64,000 bases of DNA from Promethearchaeota archaeon (lineage in GTDB: Archaea; Asgardarchaeota; Lokiarchaeia; Sigyniarchaeales; SOKP01). How positions within the stretch are numbered: the first letter of the stretch is position 1; each line of letters opens with the position of its first letter. Below, piece by piece: positions 60,237-64,000 of the stretch. The position numbers and the translations under genes were made by a program. The stretch lies in NCBI GenBank assembly GCA_048937405.1, contig JBHLNF010000012.1:1-64000 (forward strand), read 5' to 3'. Below the pieces are notes generated by a model. It was not told where the DNA came from, made no database searches, and was given only the letters and a program-made list of their open reading frames with translations.

Positions 60237-63206
60237 TTAGAATGTTTGTCGGAAGATATCCATAATACTTTTCTTGTGGAAAAATTTAGCTAAAATTACA
60301 TAAGTTCCGAAAAATGCAAAAGTAATAGAGAGTATAAATACTCTAAATAATATATCCATTGGAACTGCAAAAATTACCGGCATCTCAGTCATAAGAGATA
60401 AATTAGTCTGTAGAAGATAAGCAGTAAACGTACCTATTATCGTTCCCATAATACCAGCTGCAAGTAAAATTATCATACTTTCTATTAAAAACATATTTCG
60501 AACATTTCTAGTTTTCATTCCCATTGATCTAAGAATACCAATTTCAAATTTTCTTTCTAAAATTACAGCATACATACTACTAACTAACCCAAAAATACAT
60601 ATTATTATCGTAAACATTAAAATTAATTCCATAAGAAAACTCTGTCTTTCTGTCATAGCTTCCATGAAATTAATTTTAGAAATCGCATCATCTATTAATA
60701 TATCTTTTTCTTGATACATCATACGAATATTCTCCTTAGTTTCTTTAATATTTTCTTCAGATTTTTCTATCAAATTTATAAAAACTTTATCGACAATCAT
60801 ATCTCTCTCTCCAGGATTATCAATTTTCATTAATCGTATATAATTCTCTAGAGATACCATAACTCCTCCTCCATTGGCAGACATTTCATTAGTTCGGAAA
60901 TTATAAAATCCAGGAATACCTCCTGAAATTCCAACTACTCTAAATAAAGTAACATTACCATGATCATTTTCAATTTGAGGATCATAGAAAGTAATTCTTA
61001 CATATTCCCCAACTTCTCTAATATTAAGTAAACTTGCGACAGATTTTGCTATTATACATGTATTATTAAATGCAAATAATTCATTAAAGGAATATTCTGT
61101 ATTACTATCTTCACTTCCCCAAATTAATAAATTTTTATCAATTAGATCAACAAATTCTTCATTAATACCTATAAATCCAGCATTTACTACATCAAAATCC
61201 ATGATATCTCCCACCGTGGTTTGAAGTTTAGTTTCTTCTTGAGCCGTATAAAATTGTATTATATTCATTAATGCTTCTTCTGATGATTCTCCTGAAAACC
61301 CAACCTGTCCCTCACTCACTTCAAATAATGTAGCTAACGTGGCTTGAAAATCGAAAGTATTATGAAGTGATATCGCTAATTTATCTAATCCCGGCATAGT
61401 TTCTAATTCTTCAACCATTTCAAGAGTTAAAGCACCTTCAGGGCTATATATATCTTGATTTATTAATACTAAATCTGATCCATATTGAAACCTTAAATTT
61501 AAAGAGGTATTTTTTGATTGCATTTCAGAAACACTTGTTATAAAAAAGATAAATGAAAAACTAATAGCAAACATGATAACAGTACTAGTATTACGCCTTC
61601 GATAACGTTTTAAGGAAATTGAAAGTATATTTCTATATTTTCTTATAAAAGGTGAAATCACTCCTAAAAAGATTTTCTGAATTAATGGAATTATACCAAC
61701 TGAAGCGAAAACAAGACCGATTACAATTGCAGAAAGTAAACCAACAAATAATCCCATAGTTAACATGAAATCACCAGTAACAAAAATATTTGGCATAAGG
61801 ACAAAAACAATCATCCCAATAGTAGCAACTGCAATACCGGTAAGAAAACTTTTTACATTCATACTCCCTTCTTTCTTAATCTCCCACCCTTCTTCTTTAG
61901 TTTGGAAAGGAGTTATCGATTTTATAATATTCATCTTTGCTGCTTTTATAGCAGGTAATAAAGCTACTGCTAAAGAAGCTATTGTTCCAATTCCAAATGT
62001 TATTAAAATTGTGTCAGGTTGAATAACCCATTCTACTTCTTCAAATTCAAAAGTAAAACCATACATGGGGAATATTAAACGAGCTATTGGTCTCAGTAAA
62101 GTTCCACCTAAAAGCATTCCAATGACAGATCCGATAAGACCTAGCATTAGACCCTCAAAAATTACCATTTTTATTGGATATGATTTTCTTCCCCCAACAA
62201 CTCTAGTAATTCCAAACTCTCTTTGACGTTCTTCTACTGAAGTAGATAAGATACTATTTATTAATATACCTGTTATTAATGTAGAAAGGATAATAATAAC
62301 CCAAAATATTATAGAAATCATCATTAACATGAATTGACCCCCTTCAAGTTCCTCTAATTTCGGGAGATTAACAGTATACTCATCGAGTTCTAATCGATCC
62401 TGAATCCTCATACCTAATATGCGTAATTTTCTAGTTGTTCGATCTACATCACTTGCATCATAAACAGATTTTGGGTTAGCAATAGTCCCTACGATAAAAT
62501 TTATTTGTCCTTCTCGCTGTAAAAATAATTGAGCTTGTTGTAAATTAACAAGAATTAAAGATGATTCGAATTGCATAAATTTAAGATCTTGAATGCAAAT
62601 TTCTGCAACTGTCAGATTTATTTCATAAGTTTGATATTTTAGATTTATATTGTCACCTTTACTAACGTTAAGAATTTCTGCAGCATTCCATAGGAGAACA
62701 CATTCACCATTATCTGGCTCTTGATCATAAATCTCATCAGTTTCTTTTCCTTCATCATCTACAATGATCAAATCTCCTATATCTCCATTTGTAGCTTCTT
62801 TTATAAAATCAATACCATATAGTTGCAGAGAACCACTTGTGTTTATTTTATTAGAAGTTGTTGTAACTAGCATTGAAATACGTGGAAATAATTCCTCAAT
62901 CCCCTCAATATCCTTCAATTCATTATTAATAATATCTTCTTCAAAGAAGGGATCGAATGTTAAATCAGTTTGAATTGTCCGAGTAATCATAATGTCACTC
63001 TTTCCAGTTGTCGAGGTGACATATAATAAATAATTATAATTTACAGTATCATTTAACATACCAATAACCGTTAATAGAAATAATGAAATTGCAATGCCAG
63101 ATATCCCAAAGATTGCTTTTATTTTATCTCGTTTGAGATCGAGCCAAGAATGCTTAAAGAATTGAAAATTTACTTTTTTTTTTTGCTTCTTTTTAATTCC
63201 ACTCAA
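60237..63206 (-). CDS. FtsX/MacB-like ABC transporter permease (two repeats)
   Basis: SVEERQREFGITRVVG and ERKFEIGILRSMGM; multiple TM segments with two large extracellular loops. Confidence 0.88.
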   Translation of the reverse strand: MSGIKKKQKKKVNFQFFKHSWLDLKRDKIKAIFGISGIAISLFLLTVIGMLNDTVNYNYLLYVTSTTGKSDIMITRTIQTDLTFDPFFEEDIINNELKDIEGIEELFPRISMLVTTTSNKINTSGSLQLYGIDFIKEATNGDIGDLIIVDDEGKETDEIYDQEPDNGECVLLWNAAEILNVSKGDNINLKYQTYEINLTVAEICIQDLKFMQFESSLILVNLQQAQLFLQREGQINFIVGTIANPKSVYDASDVDRTTRKLRILGMRIQDRLELDEYTVNLPKLEELEGGQFMLMMISIIFWVIIILSTLITGILINSILSTSVEERQREFGITRVVGGRKSYPIKMVIFEGLMLGLIGSVIGMLLGGTLLRPIARLIFPMYGFTFEFEEVEWVIQPDTILITFGIGTIASLAVALLPAIKAAKMNIIKSITPFQTKEEGWEIKKEGSMNVKSFLTGIAVATIGMIVFVLMPNIFVTGDFMLTMGLFVGLLSAIVIGLVFASVGIIPLIQKIFLGVISPFIRKYRNILSISLKRYRRRNTSTVIMFAISFSFIFFITSVSEMQSKNTSLNLRFQYGSDLVLINQDIYSPEGALTLEMVEELETMPGLDKLAISLHNTFDFQATLATLFEVSEGQVGFSGESSEEALMNIIQFYTAQEETKLQTTVGDIMDFDVVNAGFIGINEEFVDLIDKNLLIWGSEDSNTEYSFNELFAFNNTCIIAKSVASLLNIREVGEYVRITFYDPQIENDHGNVTLFRVVGISGGIPGFYNFRTNEMSANGGGVMVSLENYIRLMKIDNPGERDMIVDKVFINLIEKSEENIKETKENIRMMYQEKDILIDDAISKINFMEAMTERQSFLMELILMFTIIICIFGLVSSMYAVILERKFEIGILRSMGMKTRNVRNMFLIESMIILLAAGIMGTIIGTFTAYLLQTNLSLMTEMPVIFAVPMDILFRVFILSITFAFFGTYVILAKFFHKKSIMDIFRQTF

Positions 63207-63241
63207 TTTCGTATCCTTTTAACATAGTTCTTAAATTTTCA

Positions 63242-64000
63242 TTATAAATCTAAAATACTATATTTATTTTTCTTTGGTTTAAATTCTCTTAACAACTTTC
63301 CTTTTTCCTTTAAAATATTCCTAATTTCTTCTGTTTCACGTCTAATTAATCTCACTCCTTCGCAAGATTTATTTCTACAATAATAATTTTCTCCTGGTTC
63401 ATCAAAAAACTCGAATTTTCCACAATTTAAACAGTTATATGCTGCAAATATTTGATCATATTCGCATTCAGGACATATTATACTAAATTTTGGTGAATAA
63501 AACCACGATTTGCATGACTTACAGTATAAAATTAAAGGTCGACTTAATTCTTCCTTATTTTCAATTAAATCTATCTGTTTGATGACTTGAATTTTATCTG
63601 CATCTTTTAGATGTTTATATTCTAAATTTGCATTTTGCAATTTCATAAACCAAAGTTTACCCTTCTTTTTAAAAAGAATGAACAGAAATCCCCCAATTGA
63701 TATTATCAAAATAAAGCTTATAATATATATACCCCAATCTCGCCACCATTTCAAGTTATTGACATATACAGAAATGAAGGCTTCTGCTTTATTTCCCTCT
63801 TCATCATATGCTATTATCCTTAATTCATACTTACCATCATTAAATTGAAAGGTATTCCAATTAAAATCTAAAATATTTGTGGTACTATTGTAATTGAGCT
63901 TATTCATGTCGACGCTTTTATTATTAAGAAAAATATAAATTCTTGACTCATCTAATTTTACATTATCAGTTATGTTTGCTTTAACATCTATTAACGATTT
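63242..64000 (-). CDS. Partial single-pass protein: extracellular Ig-like domain, TM, cytoplasmic multi-CxxC Zn-binding region
   Basis: The frame is open to the window edge (KSLIDVKANITDNV...WNTFQFNDGKYELRIIAYDEEGN), then TM, then CKSC, CPEC, CLNC, CRNKSC. Confidence 0.7.
   Translation of the reverse strand, partial: KSLIDVKANITDNVKLDESRIYIFLNNKSVDMNKLNYNSTTNILDFNWNTFQFNDGKYELRIIAYDEEGNKAEAFISVYVNNLKWWRDWGIYIISFILIISIGGFLFILFKKKGKLWFMKLQNANLEYKHLKDADKIQVIKQIDLIENKEELSRPLILYCKSCKSWFYSPKFSIICPECEYDQIFAAYNCLNCGKFEFFDEPGENYYCRNKSCEGVRLIRRETEEIRNILKEKGKLLREFKPKKNKYSILDL

Noticed and set aside
1-64000. CRISPR array, rRNA, IS transposase or prophage genes
   Set aside because: No regularly spaced repeats, long GC-rich structural RNA, or transposase/capsid motifs were seen.

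Overview
AT-rich (roughly 30% GC by eye) archaeal chromosome segment, almost certainly from an Asgard archaeon of the Lokiarchaeia. The evidence is the ESCRT cluster (Vps22/36-like, Vps25-like, Vps4, Vps2/24/46-like) followed by a Rab-like GTPase, several longin/roadblock-like proteins, a Loki-CTERM-type surface protein, and archaeal ribosomal proteins uS15 and eS1. Housekeeping and metabolic genes include mtnA, Dus, glgP, a FadD-like ligase, a 3-hydroxyacyl-CoA dehydrogenase, pgk, larB/larC/nikR, two tandem ADP-forming acyl-CoA synthetase alpha subunits, Sir2, a GlmU-like enzyme and rdgB. The left end is an accessory block: an AbiTii/HEPN-like gene, DUF1848, a free-standing LAGLIDADG protein and a DUF1848 remnant. 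Two tRNAs carry bulge-helix-bulge (BHB) introns: Gly-GCC (31 nt) and Val-GAC (16 nt, at position 21/22). The top finding is a 30-nt, stop-containing insert (10793-10822, minus strand) in a metallo-beta-lactamase-fold gene. It folds into a near-canonical BHB, and cutting at the standard endonuclease positions restores the frame (PMHNWG...) and a complete 215-aa protein. This is a candidate tRNA-endonuclease-spliced mRNA intron in an Asgard protein-coding gene. All calls come from manual motif reading; no database searches or folding programs were run.
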